From positions 215 to 64,214 of the forward strand of contig CAYNLU010000003.1 in the NCBI GenBank assembly GCA_964398205.1: a stretch of DNA of 64,000 nt, given 5' to 3'. This stretch comes from an uncultured Candidatus Saccharibacteria bacterium. Lineage in GTDB: Bacteria; Patescibacteriota; Minisyncoccia; Phycocordibacterales; UBA9973. The notes beneath the pieces were generated by a model. The model did not search any database, was not told the origin of the DNA, and saw only the letters and a list, made by a program, of their open reading frames with translations. Position 1 is the first letter of the stretch, and every line of letters begins with the position of its first letter. Made by a program: the position numbers and the translations under genes. Below are positions 41,233-51,278 of the stretch, in pieces.

Positions 41233-42480
41233 ATGGAAAGTTTATCAAGTATTATTTTTTATATTTTAAGCTTTTTAGCCCTGTACGTGCAGGTATTTTT
41301 TCTTATTACTTTTTTAGAAAATCGTAAAAAAATAGAAATTCGTAAAGGCAAAGTTAAACTTAAAAATTACCCTCCTGTAACTATTATTGTGCCTTGTTGG
41401 AATGAAGAAACCACCATAGATAAAACCGTAAAATCTTTATTAGAATTAAATTACCCAAAAGATAAATTAAAAATCTTTTTAATTGATGACGGATCAACTG
41501 ATAATACTTGGGCAGAGATAGAAAAATACAAAGATATACCAAATATTTCAATTTTCAAAAAAGAAAATGGAGGCAAACACACAGCCTTAAATTTCGGATT
41601 AGAGAGATTAGAAACTCCTTATATTGGATGTTTAGATGCTGATTCTGTTGCGCATCCTGATGCAGTTAATAGACTCATGAGTTATTTTGAAGAGGATAAT
41701 ACTCTATCAGCAGTAGCGCCTTCGATTATTGTTGTTAATGATAAAAGCATTATTCAAAATGCTCAAAGTGCAGAATATTATATGGCTGTCTATATTAAGA
41801 AAATGCTCGGATTTTTAGGTGCTATTCATGTTACACCTGGACCTCTAACAATTTTTAAGAAAAAAGTTTTTGATGATCTCGGACCTTATCGTCACGCTCA
41901 TAACACAGAAGATATGGAGATAGCATATAGAATGCAAGTTAATGGCTACAAGATAGAGCAATGCAATGATGCTTTTGTTTATACTAATACTCCGAATACC
42001 GTATATAAATTATATAAGCAAAGACTACGTTGGATTTATGGTTTTATAAATAATACTATTGATTACAAGCATTTCTTATTTAAGAGCAAATACGGTAATT
42101 TTTCTTTGTTTACGGTACCGGCTGGGATTATCTCTATTTTTGCGGCGAGTTATTTGTTTTTTAGATTACTTTATAATATCTCGAAATTTATTTATGATAA
42201 GTTTATAGAATATCAAACCGTAGGTTTAGGATTTAATTTGAATAAAAGTTTAGAATTCGATTCTTTCTTTATTAGTACTAAAGCATTTATTTTTATCACG
42301 ATTATTCTCTATGCTTTAGTTATATCTTCGATGTTATTAGGTAGTAGAATTGCAAAAGATAAGTGGTCTTTATCGGTTAATATGTTTTATTTCTTTTTTA
42401 TCTATAGTGTTATTGCTCCGTTTTGGTTAATGAGAGCGGTTTATAATACTTTAGTTTCAAAGAAGCCTTCTTGGCGTTAA
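41233..42480 (+). CDS. processive GT2 glycosyltransferase (PgaC/IcaA/cellulose synthase-like)
   Basis: PCWNEE, DDGSTD, KHTALN, DADS, TED, QRLRW motifs; TM helices at both ends. Confidence 0.9.
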   Translation: MESLSSIIFYILSFLALYVQVFFLITFLENRKKIEIRKGKVKLKNYPPVTIIVPCWNEETTIDKTVKSLLELNYPKDKLKIFLIDDGSTDNTWAEIEKYKDIPNISIFKKENGGKHTALNFGLERLETPYIGCLDADSVAHPDAVNRLMSYFEEDNTLSAVAPSIIVVNDKSIIQNAQSAEYYMAVYIKKMLGFLGAIHVTPGPLTIFKKKVFDDLGPYRHAHNTEDMEIAYRMQVNGYKIEQCNDAFVYTNTPNTVYKLYKQRLRWIYGFINNTIDYKHFLFKSKYGNFSLFTVPAGIISIFAASYLFFRLLYNISKFIYDKFIEYQTVGLGFNLNKSLEFDSFFISTKAFIFITIILYALVISSMLLGSRIAKDKWSLSVNMFYFFFIYSVIAPFWLMRAVYNTLVSKKPSWR

Positions 42481-42513
42481 TACGTTAATTAAAATAATAA
42501 TTATTACAACAAT

Positions 42514-43227
42514 ATGAATACAAATAATACAAACAATAGTGTAGATTGGAAAAAATATTTAATAGTTTTCTTTGTAACCTTAGGTTTATTTTTAACTGCT
42601 TCTTATTTAAGTAGTTATTTTAGTACAAGAAAGGTAAATGAGCTTAAAACTATTCAAGATAATATCGCTATCGATATACTATCTTCAGAAACTCAATTTT
42701 CTTTGCTCTCAGAATTATCTTGCAAGAACGTAGACACTTCCGGACTTTCTAGCGAGCTTCACGAATTAGGAGGGAAGCTCGCTTGGGGAGAAGAAAACCT
42801 CGGTAAGACTGATGAAGTTAAATATCTTAAGAAATATTATTCTATTTTAGAAATCAAAGATTATCTTTTGATGAAGAAAATCACAGCTCGTTGCGGAGTT
42901 AAATCTGCTTTCATACTTTATTTCTATACTACAGCTGAGAATTGTAGTGAATGTGAAAAGCAAGGTTTAGTATTATCTAACCTCAAAGATAAATACCCAG
43001 ACTTGCGTATTTATTCTTTTGATTATAGTATTGATCTTTCTCCGGTTCGCTCTATGCTCGATATCTATAAAATCGAAGATACTAAACTCCCAGCATTAGT
43101 ATTAGATGACGAAGTACTTACAGGTTTTCAAGATAAAGAATCTCTAGAATCAAAAATCACCAAAGCCTTTGACCTCAAAGAGGCAGAAGTTAAAACAGAA
43201 GGGGAGAAGAAAATAGAAAATAATTAA
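42514..43227 (+). CDS. membrane-anchored protein with a thioredoxin-like CxxC domain
   Basis: N-terminal TM; ILYFY..CSEC..LP motif; downstream of the GT2 gene. Confidence 0.6.
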   Translation: MNTNNTNNSVDWKKYLIVFFVTLGLFLTASYLSSYFSTRKVNELKTIQDNIAIDILSSETQFSLLSELSCKNVDTSGLSSELHELGGKLAWGEENLGKTDEVKYLKKYYSILEIKDYLLMKKITARCGVKSAFILYFYTTAENCSECEKQGLVLSNLKDKYPDLRIYSFDYSIDLSPVRSMLDIYKIEDTKLPALVLDDEVLTGFQDKESLESKITKAFDLKEAEVKTEGEKKIENN

Positions 43228-43261
43228 CTAAAAAGACTAGCGTTTGCTAGTCTTTTTAGTT
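43226..43261. terminator. bidirectional terminator
   Basis: aactaaaaagactagc-gttt-gctagtctttttagtt. Confidence 0.8.
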
Positions 43262-43263
43262 TC

Positions 43264-43339
43264 TGGAGCCGCTTCTCAGACTTGAACTGAGGACCTTCGC
43301 TTTACAAAAGCGTTGCTCTACCAACTGAGCTAAAGCGGC
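43264..43339 (-). tRNA. tRNA-Thr(TGT)
   Basis: Reverse complement GCCGCTT..TTTGTAA..CTCAG-TTCAAGT-CTGAG-AAGCGGC-T-CCA; CCA encoded. Confidence 0.95.
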
Positions 43340-43390
43340 CTGTATATTCACTTATCTATCTATTATACTTATTTCAAAGATAATTTCAAG

Positions 43391-43813
43391 TTATTTTATG
43401 CCTTCTTCTTGTTTAATTTTATGAGTGATTTTGTTGATTTTTTTCTTGTATTCACTCATAGTTTTGATAAAACCTGATGCTTCTTTGTTCTCTTCTTGAG
43501 TTGTTTTTTTACCTGTTAACTTTTTTACTCTTTGCTCAATTTTATTGTATAAAGCGATAGCACCTTTTTTAAATTTACTTGATCCTAATACATATAACCT
43601 TAAAGTTACTATCAATAAAGCATAACCGTATTTCTTTAATCTCTTATTAGTGAATTCTTTAACTTCATCTAGATCTGGTAATTCAAATTCTAAATCTACA
43701 TCTTTATTTTTATGATATACTTCTCCACTACTATTTAAAGCAAAAATCTTTCTTGTGATTAAGATCACAATTCCAAGCATAGCTATTATAAATAATAGTA
43801 GGGAAGTGTACAT
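43391..43813 (-). CDS. hypothetical membrane protein
   Basis: N-terminal TM, basic helical remainder; downstream of tsf. Confidence 0.65.
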   Translation of the reverse strand: MYTSLLLFIIAMLGIVILITRKIFALNSSGEVYHKNKDVDLEFELPDLDEVKEFTNKRLKKYGYALLIVTLRLYVLGSSKFKKGAIALYNKIEQRVKKLTGKKTTQEENKEASGFIKTMSEYKKKINKITHKIKQEEGIK

Positions 43814-43815
43814 AT

Positions 43816-44595
43816 TTAGATTGCGTATCTTTTTACTTCTTTAATTTTAGCGTTATTTTTATTAAGTAAAGCTTCGATTGTTAAACTAGGGTCTTTGATA
43901 AACTCTTGTTCTAACAAAGTTCTTTCTTTGAAATAAGTATTTATTTTACCTTCTAACATTTTCTTTTTGATGTCTTCTGGTTTGTCTAGAGACGATACTT
44001 CTTTTTCAAATACTTCCATCATAGTTTGCTTTGAGTTCTCATCAATTTCTTCTTTAGAAATAAATTCCGGCTTCATAGCAGCGATATGCATAGCAACATC
44101 TTTCGCTACTTCAGTATTACCTCCTTCTAAAGATACAACTACTGCAGTTTTGTTATTGTGAACATAATTTGAAACAATATCTCCGTTTATTTCATAAACT
44201 TCTCCTAATTCTATCTTTTCTCCAGTTTTTTGAATAACTTCATCGATTAATTCTTTAGAAGAATTTTTCATAGCATCTATACCTTCATTTAGAGCTTTAT
44301 CTGCTAAAGTATTTAATAGATTAACAAAGTCCTCGTTCTTTGATACGAAGTCTGTTTCGCAGTGAAGTGCAAGTAAAAGGCTTTTTGAACCTTGAGTCTT
44401 TACGGTAACTGCACCATCATTAGCTTCTCTATCAGCTTTTTTAAGAGCGATATTTGCACTTGTTTTCTTCAAGATTGCAATAGCTTTTTCCATATCTCCT
44501 TCAGCCTCTTCTAGGGCTTTACGGCATTGCATAACAGAAATTCCAGTAGCATTTCTAAGTTCCTTAACTAACTCAGTTGTTATTTCTATAGACAT
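43816..44595 (-). CDS. tsf: elongation factor Ts
   Basis: VKELRNATG..CRKAL, CETDFV, VAMHIAAM; downstream of rpsB. Confidence 0.96.
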   Translation of the reverse strand: MSIEITTELVKELRNATGISVMQCRKALEEAEGDMEKAIAILKKTSANIALKKADREANDGAVTVKTQGSKSLLLALHCETDFVSKNEDFVNLLNTLADKALNEGIDAMKNSSKELIDEVIQKTGEKIELGEVYEINGDIVSNYVHNNKTAVVVSLEGGNTEVAKDVAMHIAAMKPEFISKEEIDENSKQTMMEVFEKEVSSLDKPEDIKKKMLEGKINTYFKERTLLEQEFIKDPSLTIEALLNKNNAKIKEVKRYAI

Positions 44596-44618
44596 ATATT
44601 TTTATTTAAATTATATTA

Positions 44619-45329
44619 TTAAGATTTCTTACTTTCTCCGTAAGCATTTTTGAAATGATTTACAAAGAATTTGATAGAAGCCATAGCTCCATCATTTCCA
44701 ACAACAGGGAAGTCGATACCCTTGATATTAGAATCTGTGTTTAAAATTCCGATTACAGGTATACCTAGATCTCTTGCTTCAGTTACAGCAATACTTTCTT
44801 TTTTAGGATCGATTACCAATAGGGCGTCAGGAGCCTTTTTAAGACTCAATAAGCCTGTGTAATACTTTTCTAATCTTTCCATTTTTTTCTTTAAAACTAA
44901 TCTTTCTTTCTTTGTGTATTTTTCAAGTTCTCCAGTTTTTGATTCTTTTTGGTATTTTTCTAATTCAGCGATTCTTTTCTTGATTTCAGGGTAATTAGAA
45001 AGAGTCCCTCCAATCCAACGTTCGTTAACATAAGGCATATTTAATGAATTTGCAGCATTCATGATAGTTTCTTTAGCTTCTGGCTTTGTACCAACAAATA
45101 AAATAGTCTTATTTAAAGAACCTAAATGAGCTACGAATTCTGTAGCTTTGGCTAATAATTCACTAGTTTTTTCTAAGTTTATGATATCAACGCGGTTTTT
45201 TGTTGTGTGTATATAAGGTGAAACTGAAGGATTTCTTTTTGACTTTGAATAGCCGTATTGAACCCCAGCTTTTACCATTTCCGCTATTAATTGACTGTCA
45301 TTATTTTCTGTTACTTTACTTTTTTGCAT
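44619..45329 (-). CDS. rpsB: 30S ribosomal protein S2
   Basis: ILFVGTK, YVNERWIGGTLSN, IAVTEA..GIPV..GND. Confidence 0.96.
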   Translation of the reverse strand: MQKSKVTENNDSQLIAEMVKAGVQYGYSKSKRNPSVSPYIHTTKNRVDIINLEKTSELLAKATEFVAHLGSLNKTILFVGTKPEAKETIMNAANSLNMPYVNERWIGGTLSNYPEIKKRIAELEKYQKESKTGELEKYTKKERLVLKKKMERLEKYYTGLLSLKKAPDALLVIDPKKESIAVTEARDLGIPVIGILNTDSNIKGIDFPVVGNDGAMASIKFFVNHFKNAYGESKKS

Positions 45330-45431
45330 TCCTGTATTGTATCAAAATATTTCAATTTTTGCAAGAGTATAAGCCTTTTTAAATAAAAGTACTTTTTTGC
45401 TAAAAATCGCTTTTTCGGTTAATATGAAAGA

Positions 45432-46691
45432 ATGAAACAATCACAACTTTTTACAAAAACTCGCAAAGAAGCTCCTGCAGACGAAGTCTCAAAAAATGCT
45501 GAACTTTTAATGCGAGCTGGTTATATTTATAAAGAGATGGCTGGGGTTTATGATTTCTTACCACTTGGTTTAAAGGTGATAAAAAAGATTGAAAATATAA
45601 TTCGTGAAGAGATGGATAGTATTGGAGGCATAGAGATGCGTACTTCGATTTTGCAGAATAAAGAAGTTTGGGAAAAATCTGGACGTTGGGATGATGAAGT
45701 TGTCGATAATTGGTTTAAAACTAAACTTAAAAATGGAGGTGATATCGGATTATCTTTCACTAACGAAGAAGCCTTTTCTAATATTATGAAGCAATACGTT
45801 TCTTCTTATAAAGATTTACCTATTTATCCTTATGATTTCAAAAGTATTTTCCGTAACGAAGTTCGTAGTAAATCCGGCATTATGCGAGGTAGAGAATTTT
45901 ATTGGAAAGCACTTTATTCTTTCTCTAAAGACGAAGAAGAGCACAATACTTTTTATGAGAAGATTAAGCAAGCTTATATCAATATTTTCAAGCGCGTTGG
46001 TATTGGGCATTTAACTTATTTAACTTTTGCGTCAGGGGGGACTTTTTCTAAATTCTCTCATGAATTTCAAACCCTAACCGAAGCTGGAGAAGATACTATT
46101 TATATCGAAGAAGATAAAGGACTCGCTTTAAATCAAGAAGTTTTTAATGATGAAGTTTTAGCAAGTTTGAATTTAGAGAAAGACAAATTAGTTTCTAAAA
46201 CAGCAGTCGAGGTAGGGAATATCTTTTCCCTCGGAACTAAATTCTCTACACCTTTTGATTTAAATTATACCGATGAAAAAGGAGAGAATAAACCTGTAAT
46301 TATGGGATCTTATGGAATCGGACTAGGTCGCCTTATGGGAACTGTAGTTGAAACTTTGTCTGATGATAGAGGAATTATTTGGCCTTCATCGATAGCTCCT
46401 TTTCGTGCGCATTTACTTTTGTTAGGTAATGATGAAGATGTGATTAAAGAAGCAAATCAAGTTTACGCAATGCTTTTAGAAAATAAAATCGAAGTTCTAT
46501 TTGATGATCGCGAAGGTTTAAGCGCGGGTGAAAAATTTGCTGAAGCTGATCTGCTCGGTATGCCTATACGTATAGTAGTATCTAGTAGAAGTATCAAAGA
46601 AGGAGGAGTCGAAGTCAAGAAAAGAATCGAAGAAAAAGGCGCAATTATTAAAGCTACGGATTTAGTTTCATTTTTAAATAAAGAATTATAA
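45432..46691 (+). CDS. proS: proline--tRNA ligase, short form without the INS editing domain
   Basis: LLMRAGYI..AGVY..LPLG, FRNEVR..GIMRGREF, VEVGNIFSLG, MGSYGIGLGRL, C-terminal anticodon-binding domain. Confidence 0.9.
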   Translation: MKQSQLFTKTRKEAPADEVSKNAELLMRAGYIYKEMAGVYDFLPLGLKVIKKIENIIREEMDSIGGIEMRTSILQNKEVWEKSGRWDDEVVDNWFKTKLKNGGDIGLSFTNEEAFSNIMKQYVSSYKDLPIYPYDFKSIFRNEVRSKSGIMRGREFYWKALYSFSKDEEEHNTFYEKIKQAYINIFKRVGIGHLTYLTFASGGTFSKFSHEFQTLTEAGEDTIYIEEDKGLALNQEVFNDEVLASLNLEKDKLVSKTAVEVGNIFSLGTKFSTPFDLNYTDEKGENKPVIMGSYGIGLGRLMGTVVETLSDDRGIIWPSSIAPFRAHLLLLGNDEDVIKEANQVYAMLLENKIEVLFDDREGLSAGEKFAEADLLGMPIRIVVSSRSIKEGGVEVKKRIEEKGAIIKATDLVSFLNKEL

Positions 46692-46693
46692 AT

Positions 46694-47740
46694 ATGTTCG
46701 ATAAACTTTACAAATTATTTTCCAATGATATCGGTATCGATTTAGGTACCGCTAATACTCTCGTATATCTTAAAGGTAAAGGTATAGTTATCAACGAACC
46801 TTCAGTAGTTGCTCTAAACGTCAAGACAAATCAAGTTTTAGCTGTGGGAATTAAAGCTAAAGAAATGCTTGGACGTACTCCAGGGCATATCAAGGCTGTG
46901 CGTCCTTTAGTAGACGGAGTTATTTCTGACTTCGAAGTTACCGAAGAAATGCTTTCTTATTTGATAAATAAAGCAGACAAAATGAATCCAAAACTTTTCC
47001 GTCCGAGAGTTGTAGTCGGTATACCTTCAGGTACTACCAACGTAGAATCTCGAGCTGTTTATGACGCTGCTCGTAGTGCAGGTGCGCGAGAAGTTTATCT
47101 GATCGAAGAGCCTATGGCAGCGGCTGTTGGTATTCGTTTACCAGTGAAGGACCCCGTAGGTTCTATGATTATCGATATAGGAGGAGGTACTACCGATATC
47201 GCAGTTATATCACTAGGTGGTATTGTACGTTCTAAAAATTTAAAAATAGCAGGAGATAAACTTAATAACGATATTATCTCTTATATGCGTAGTGAATTTA
47301 AAATTTTAATTGGTGAGAAAACTGCTGAGATTGTAAAGATGAGTATAGGGACCGTATTACCCATGGGTTATATGGAAACCGAAGTTCGTGGTAGAGATTT
47401 ACTTACAGGCTTACCTCGTGAAGTTATAGTTACTGATTCTGATATTAGGGAAGCAATTGGAGCTTCTATCCGTGAATTCGTTGACGGCGTCAAGGATTTA
47501 TTAGAATCCACTCCGCCTGAAATACTTTCAGATATTATGAAAAAAGGAATCACTCTTTCTGGAGGAGGAGCTCTTATAATGGGGCTTGATAGACTTCTTT
47601 CTGAATCTCTGAAAATACCTATCTATGTCGTTGATGATCCGCTTTCTGCGGTAGCGAGAGGTTGCGGAGTTGTGCTTGAAGACTTTGAAAATTTTAAAGA
47701 TGTATTAATCAATAATCAAGATGAGCTATACTCTAGATAA
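46694..47740 (+). CDS. mreB: rod shape-determining protein MreB
   Basis: IGIDLGTANT, EEPMAAA, DIGGGTTD, LSGGGAL. Confidence 0.97.
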   Translation: MFDKLYKLFSNDIGIDLGTANTLVYLKGKGIVINEPSVVALNVKTNQVLAVGIKAKEMLGRTPGHIKAVRPLVDGVISDFEVTEEMLSYLINKADKMNPKLFRPRVVVGIPSGTTNVESRAVYDAARSAGAREVYLIEEPMAAAVGIRLPVKDPVGSMIIDIGGGTTDIAVISLGGIVRSKNLKIAGDKLNNDIISYMRSEFKILIGEKTAEIVKMSIGTVLPMGYMETEVRGRDLLTGLPREVIVTDSDIREAIGASIREFVDGVKDLLESTPPEILSDIMKKGITLSGGGALIMGLDRLLSESLKIPIYVVDDPLSAVARGCGVVLEDFENFKDVLINNQDELYSR

Positions 47741-48512
47741 ACAAAGAAAAAATAAGAAAATTAAAAATTTAATTTTTGTTATTTTAATTTTCTTAATAAT
47801 TATTTATTTTAATAAACCTATCTTTCAAACAATCAGCAATCTTAGCCTAAACCTAGGCAAGCCGTTTTTAGTATTTGGGAATAATACTAAAACTCGTTTA
47901 CATAACTTTAGTTCTTATTTTATTTCCAAGAACACTTTATTAAAAGAAAATGATATTTTAAAAAATAAAAATCTAGAACTTGAATCCAAATTAGTGAATT
48001 ATCAAAGTCTCGAAAATGAAAATCTAAATCTCAAAGAACTTCTCGGTCGTCTAGGAGAAAATCATACATATATTCTCGCTACTATTTTAGCTAAACCTAA
48101 TACTACCTTGTATGATACTTTAGTCTTAGATGTCGGTAGCAAAGACGGTATTTTAGTAGGTGATATTGTATTTGCTTATGGAAATATACCTTTAGGTAAA
48201 GTTAGTGAAGTGTATGCTAAAAATTCGAAAGTTACTTTATTTTCAAGTAGCGGAGAAAAAACAAACGCTATTATCAGTAGTACTAATACTTATATTGATC
48301 TTATCGGGCGGGGAGGTGGAAACTTCGAAATTATTTTACCGAGAGATTTTACCTTAGAAGAAGGTGAAAGTGTCTTATTTCCTGATTTGAAAAATTATGT
48401 AATTGCAAAAGTTGTTTCTACTATTTCCGATGCACGTGATTCTTATCAAAAAGCTTTACTCATAAGTCCAATTAATATTCAAGAACTAAAATTCGTCCAA
48501 ATTAGAAAGTAA
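47721..48512 (+). CDS. mreC: rod shape-determining protein MreC
   Basis: TM, coiled coil (ENENLNLKELL), LDVGSKDGI; follows mreB. Confidence 0.88.
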   Translation: MSYTLDKQRKNKKIKNLIFVILIFLIIIYFNKPIFQTISNLSLNLGKPFLVFGNNTKTRLHNFSSYFISKNTLLKENDILKNKNLELESKLVNYQSLENENLNLKELLGRLGENHTYILATILAKPNTTLYDTLVLDVGSKDGILVGDIVFAYGNIPLGKVSEVYAKNSKVTLFSSSGEKTNAIISSTNTYIDLIGRGGGNFEIILPRDFTLEEGESVLFPDLKNYVIAKVVSTISDARDSYQKALLISPINIQELKFVQIRK

Positions 48513-48513
48513 T

Positions 48514-49767
48514 ATGCAATTCAAAATACAGAAAAAATTAGAAGGGAAGTTAGGGAGAGTAGGGGTTTTGAGTACTCCCCACGGAGATATTTTGACTCCG
48601 TCTTTTGTCGCGGTTGGCACGAAGGCGACTGTGAAATCCCTTGATCCAAATCATATTAAAGAAGCTAATACTCAAGTAGTCTTAGGAAATACTTATCATT
48701 TATATTTGCAACCTGGAGACGAGATAGTTCGTGATGCTGGAGGTATAGGCAAGTTTATGAATTGGAAAGGTCCGACGATGACTGACTCTGGAGGATTTCA
48801 AGTTTTCTCTCTAGGGGCTGCGTACGGTAAAGATATTTCGAAAGTTGTAAAAATTACTGATCCATCTCTCATGATACCGGAACGTTTTGACGACTCGAGT
48901 GCTCCGAGACTTGCGAAAATAGGGCAAGATGGAGTATCTTTCAAATCTCACTTAGATGGAAGTTTGCATTATATTACTCCCGAGAAATCGATAGAGATTC
49001 AGCATAATTTAGGTGCTGATATTATTTTTGCTTTTGATGAATGCACGAGTCCGGCTGAAGATTTTAAATATCAAGAAGAAGCTCTCGAGCGTACTCATGC
49101 TTGGGCAAAGAGATCCTTAAAAAGGCATATTGAACTTGAAAATTTTAAACTTTCGGCAAAGTATGATTCTTTGCCTCAAGCGCTTTTTGGTATTGTGCAA
49201 GGTGGTAGAGAAGAAATTTTGCGGAAAAAATCAGCTCAAGTTATTTCGGAAATGCGTGTTGATGATATTGGTTTTGATGGATTTGGAATTGGAGGAAGTT
49301 TTGCAAAAGAAGATATGTCGACTGCGGTAGCTTGGGTAAATGGAGTGCTTCCCGAAGATAAACCTCGTCATCTTTTAGGAATAGGGGAACCTGAAGATTT
49401 ATTTATGGGTATCGAAAACGGTGTAGATTTATTTGATTGTGTCTTACCAACTCGTTTAGGACGTAACGGTACTATTTATACTAAAAATGGAAAGATAACT
49501 ATTACTAATACTAAATATCGTAACGATCATACTCCGATAGAAGAGGATTGCGAATGCTATACTTGTCGCAATCATACGAGAGCTTATATTGCGCATCTTT
49601 TTCATGGCAAAGAAATGCTTGCTGGAACTTTAGCCTCGATTCATAATCTTCATTTTATTGTGAACCTTGTTCATCAAATTCGAGAATCTATTTTGAATGA
49701 TACTTTTTATGAATTCCGCGATTCTTTTCTAGAGAAATATAGTATTGGTAAGGATAATATTATATAA
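48514..49767 (+). CDS. tgt: tRNA-guanine transglycosylase
   Basis: TDSGGFQVFSL, FDEC, FGIVQGG, PRHLLGIG, DLFDCV, CECYTC..H zinc site. Confidence 0.95.
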   Translation: MQFKIQKKLEGKLGRVGVLSTPHGDILTPSFVAVGTKATVKSLDPNHIKEANTQVVLGNTYHLYLQPGDEIVRDAGGIGKFMNWKGPTMTDSGGFQVFSLGAAYGKDISKVVKITDPSLMIPERFDDSSAPRLAKIGQDGVSFKSHLDGSLHYITPEKSIEIQHNLGADIIFAFDECTSPAEDFKYQEEALERTHAWAKRSLKRHIELENFKLSAKYDSLPQALFGIVQGGREEILRKKSAQVISEMRVDDIGFDGFGIGGSFAKEDMSTAVAWVNGVLPEDKPRHLLGIGEPEDLFMGIENGVDLFDCVLPTRLGRNGTIYTKNGKITITNTKYRNDHTPIEEDCECYTCRNHTRAYIAHLFHGKEMLAGTLASIHNLHFIVNLVHQIRESILNDTFYEFRDSFLEKYSIGKDNII

Positions 49768-49862
49768 TTAAGATAAGGCTTTAAACCCTTTACATTTACA
49801 AACTTATTTGGTATAATTTTTTAACAAAAATATATTATTTATTTAAAAAATTTTTAAATTAA

Positions 49863-51263
49863 ATGACCACAAAAAAGAAAAATTCGGTTTCAAAAAAATT
49901 ATGGAAGTTAGGTATTAATGAATTTAACACTCAATATTTTGATTGGAACAAAGACGGCGACCTAAATATCAAAGAAGGTCACAATATTTATAATGTTCGC
50001 TATTTAGTTGAAAAGTTTGGAACCTCTCTTCAAATCTTGATGCCTTTTATTATTGAAGAGCGTTTAGAAGACTTGATGGATCTCGCGAATAATACTATCA
50101 AGAAAGTAAACTATCAAGGTAAATTCCTTTATCACTATCCAATGAAAGTGAATCAAACTCGCGAAGTGGTTATGGCTCTTGTGGGAGAAGGTGCTCATCT
50201 TGAGACTTCTTCTTATACTGAACTTTATTTGGTTAAAAAAATGCTTGAGCAAGATAAATTTAATCCTGATATTCGCATACTTTGTAGTGGTCCCAAAAAT
50301 GATGCATATTTAAGTTTGATAGATGAATTACAACACAAGGGGGTAAAAATATTTCCTCTTATTGAAGGTCCTAGTGAGCTTAAAATGCTTCAACATTCTA
50401 AATACAACGTAGGTATTCGTTTAGATATGCCTGTGAAAGCTAGTTCATATTGGAACAAGCAAGTTGATCGTTTTGGTTTTTCCGCAAAAGAAATTTATGA
50501 TATGGGATCATTTAAAAATTTAAAAATTTTGCACTATCATATCGGTTCTCAAATCGAAAAATCTGGAGATATTTTAACCCCTATCAAATACGCTCTTGAT
50601 GTGTATTTTAAATTAAAGAAAACTAATCCTTCACTCGATACTTTAGATATCGGAGGAGGTATGCCTATTCCTTATACTCGTGAGAGAGGTTTTAATATTG
50701 ATAAATTAATGGAAAAGATTTTTACTTTACTTAAAACTGAAGCAGAGAAGCACGAGATGCCTCATCCAAATTTGATTTGTGAATGGGGGCGTTACGTAGT
50801 AGCTCCTGCTCAAATGACTATTTTTAAAGTTATTGATACTAAAAAAGTTCATAAAACTAAAAAAGACGACAAGAAGTGGTACGTGATTGACGGTTCTTTT
50901 ATGAACGATCTTTGCGATACTTGGTCTGTTGATCAAAAGTGGTCTATTGTACCGGTGAATAATAAAAACGATGATGATTTAGGAGAAGTTTGGTTTGCTG
51001 GATCTACTTGTGATAGTGATGATTTTTATAAAGGTAAAGATGGTTCAGTTCGTTTCCCAAAATATGATTATAGTGAAATAAATAATAATCCTATGTATAT
51101 AGCAGTTTTAGATACCGGAGCGTATCAAGACGCTTTAGCGATGAATCATTGTCTAGTAGCTCGCCCTCAAAGAATCATAGTTGAGAACGGTCATATAGTC
51201 CTTGCTCGCAAGAGATTGAGTCCTGATGAAATCGGTAGACAATTGGGTTGGTACAATAAATAA
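49863..51263 (+). CDS. fold-III PLP-dependent decarboxylase, SpeA-like arginine decarboxylase
   Basis: YPMKVNQ (PLP Lys), HYHIGSQI, DIGGG, EWGR, TCDSD, GAYQD parallel SpeA motifs; shorter than canonical SpeA. Confidence 0.78.
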   Translation: MTTKKKNSVSKKLWKLGINEFNTQYFDWNKDGDLNIKEGHNIYNVRYLVEKFGTSLQILMPFIIEERLEDLMDLANNTIKKVNYQGKFLYHYPMKVNQTREVVMALVGEGAHLETSSYTELYLVKKMLEQDKFNPDIRILCSGPKNDAYLSLIDELQHKGVKIFPLIEGPSELKMLQHSKYNVGIRLDMPVKASSYWNKQVDRFGFSAKEIYDMGSFKNLKILHYHIGSQIEKSGDILTPIKYALDVYFKLKKTNPSLDTLDIGGGMPIPYTRERGFNIDKLMEKIFTLLKTEAEKHEMPHPNLICEWGRYVVAPAQMTIFKVIDTKKVHKTKKDDKKWYVIDGSFMNDLCDTWSVDQKWSIVPVNNKNDDDLGEVWFAGSTCDSDDFYKGKDGSVRFPKYDYSEINNNPMYIAVLDTGAYQDALAMNHCLVARPQRIIVENGHIVLARKRLSPDEIGRQLGWYNK

Positions 51264-51278
51264 GTTATAATATAAACT

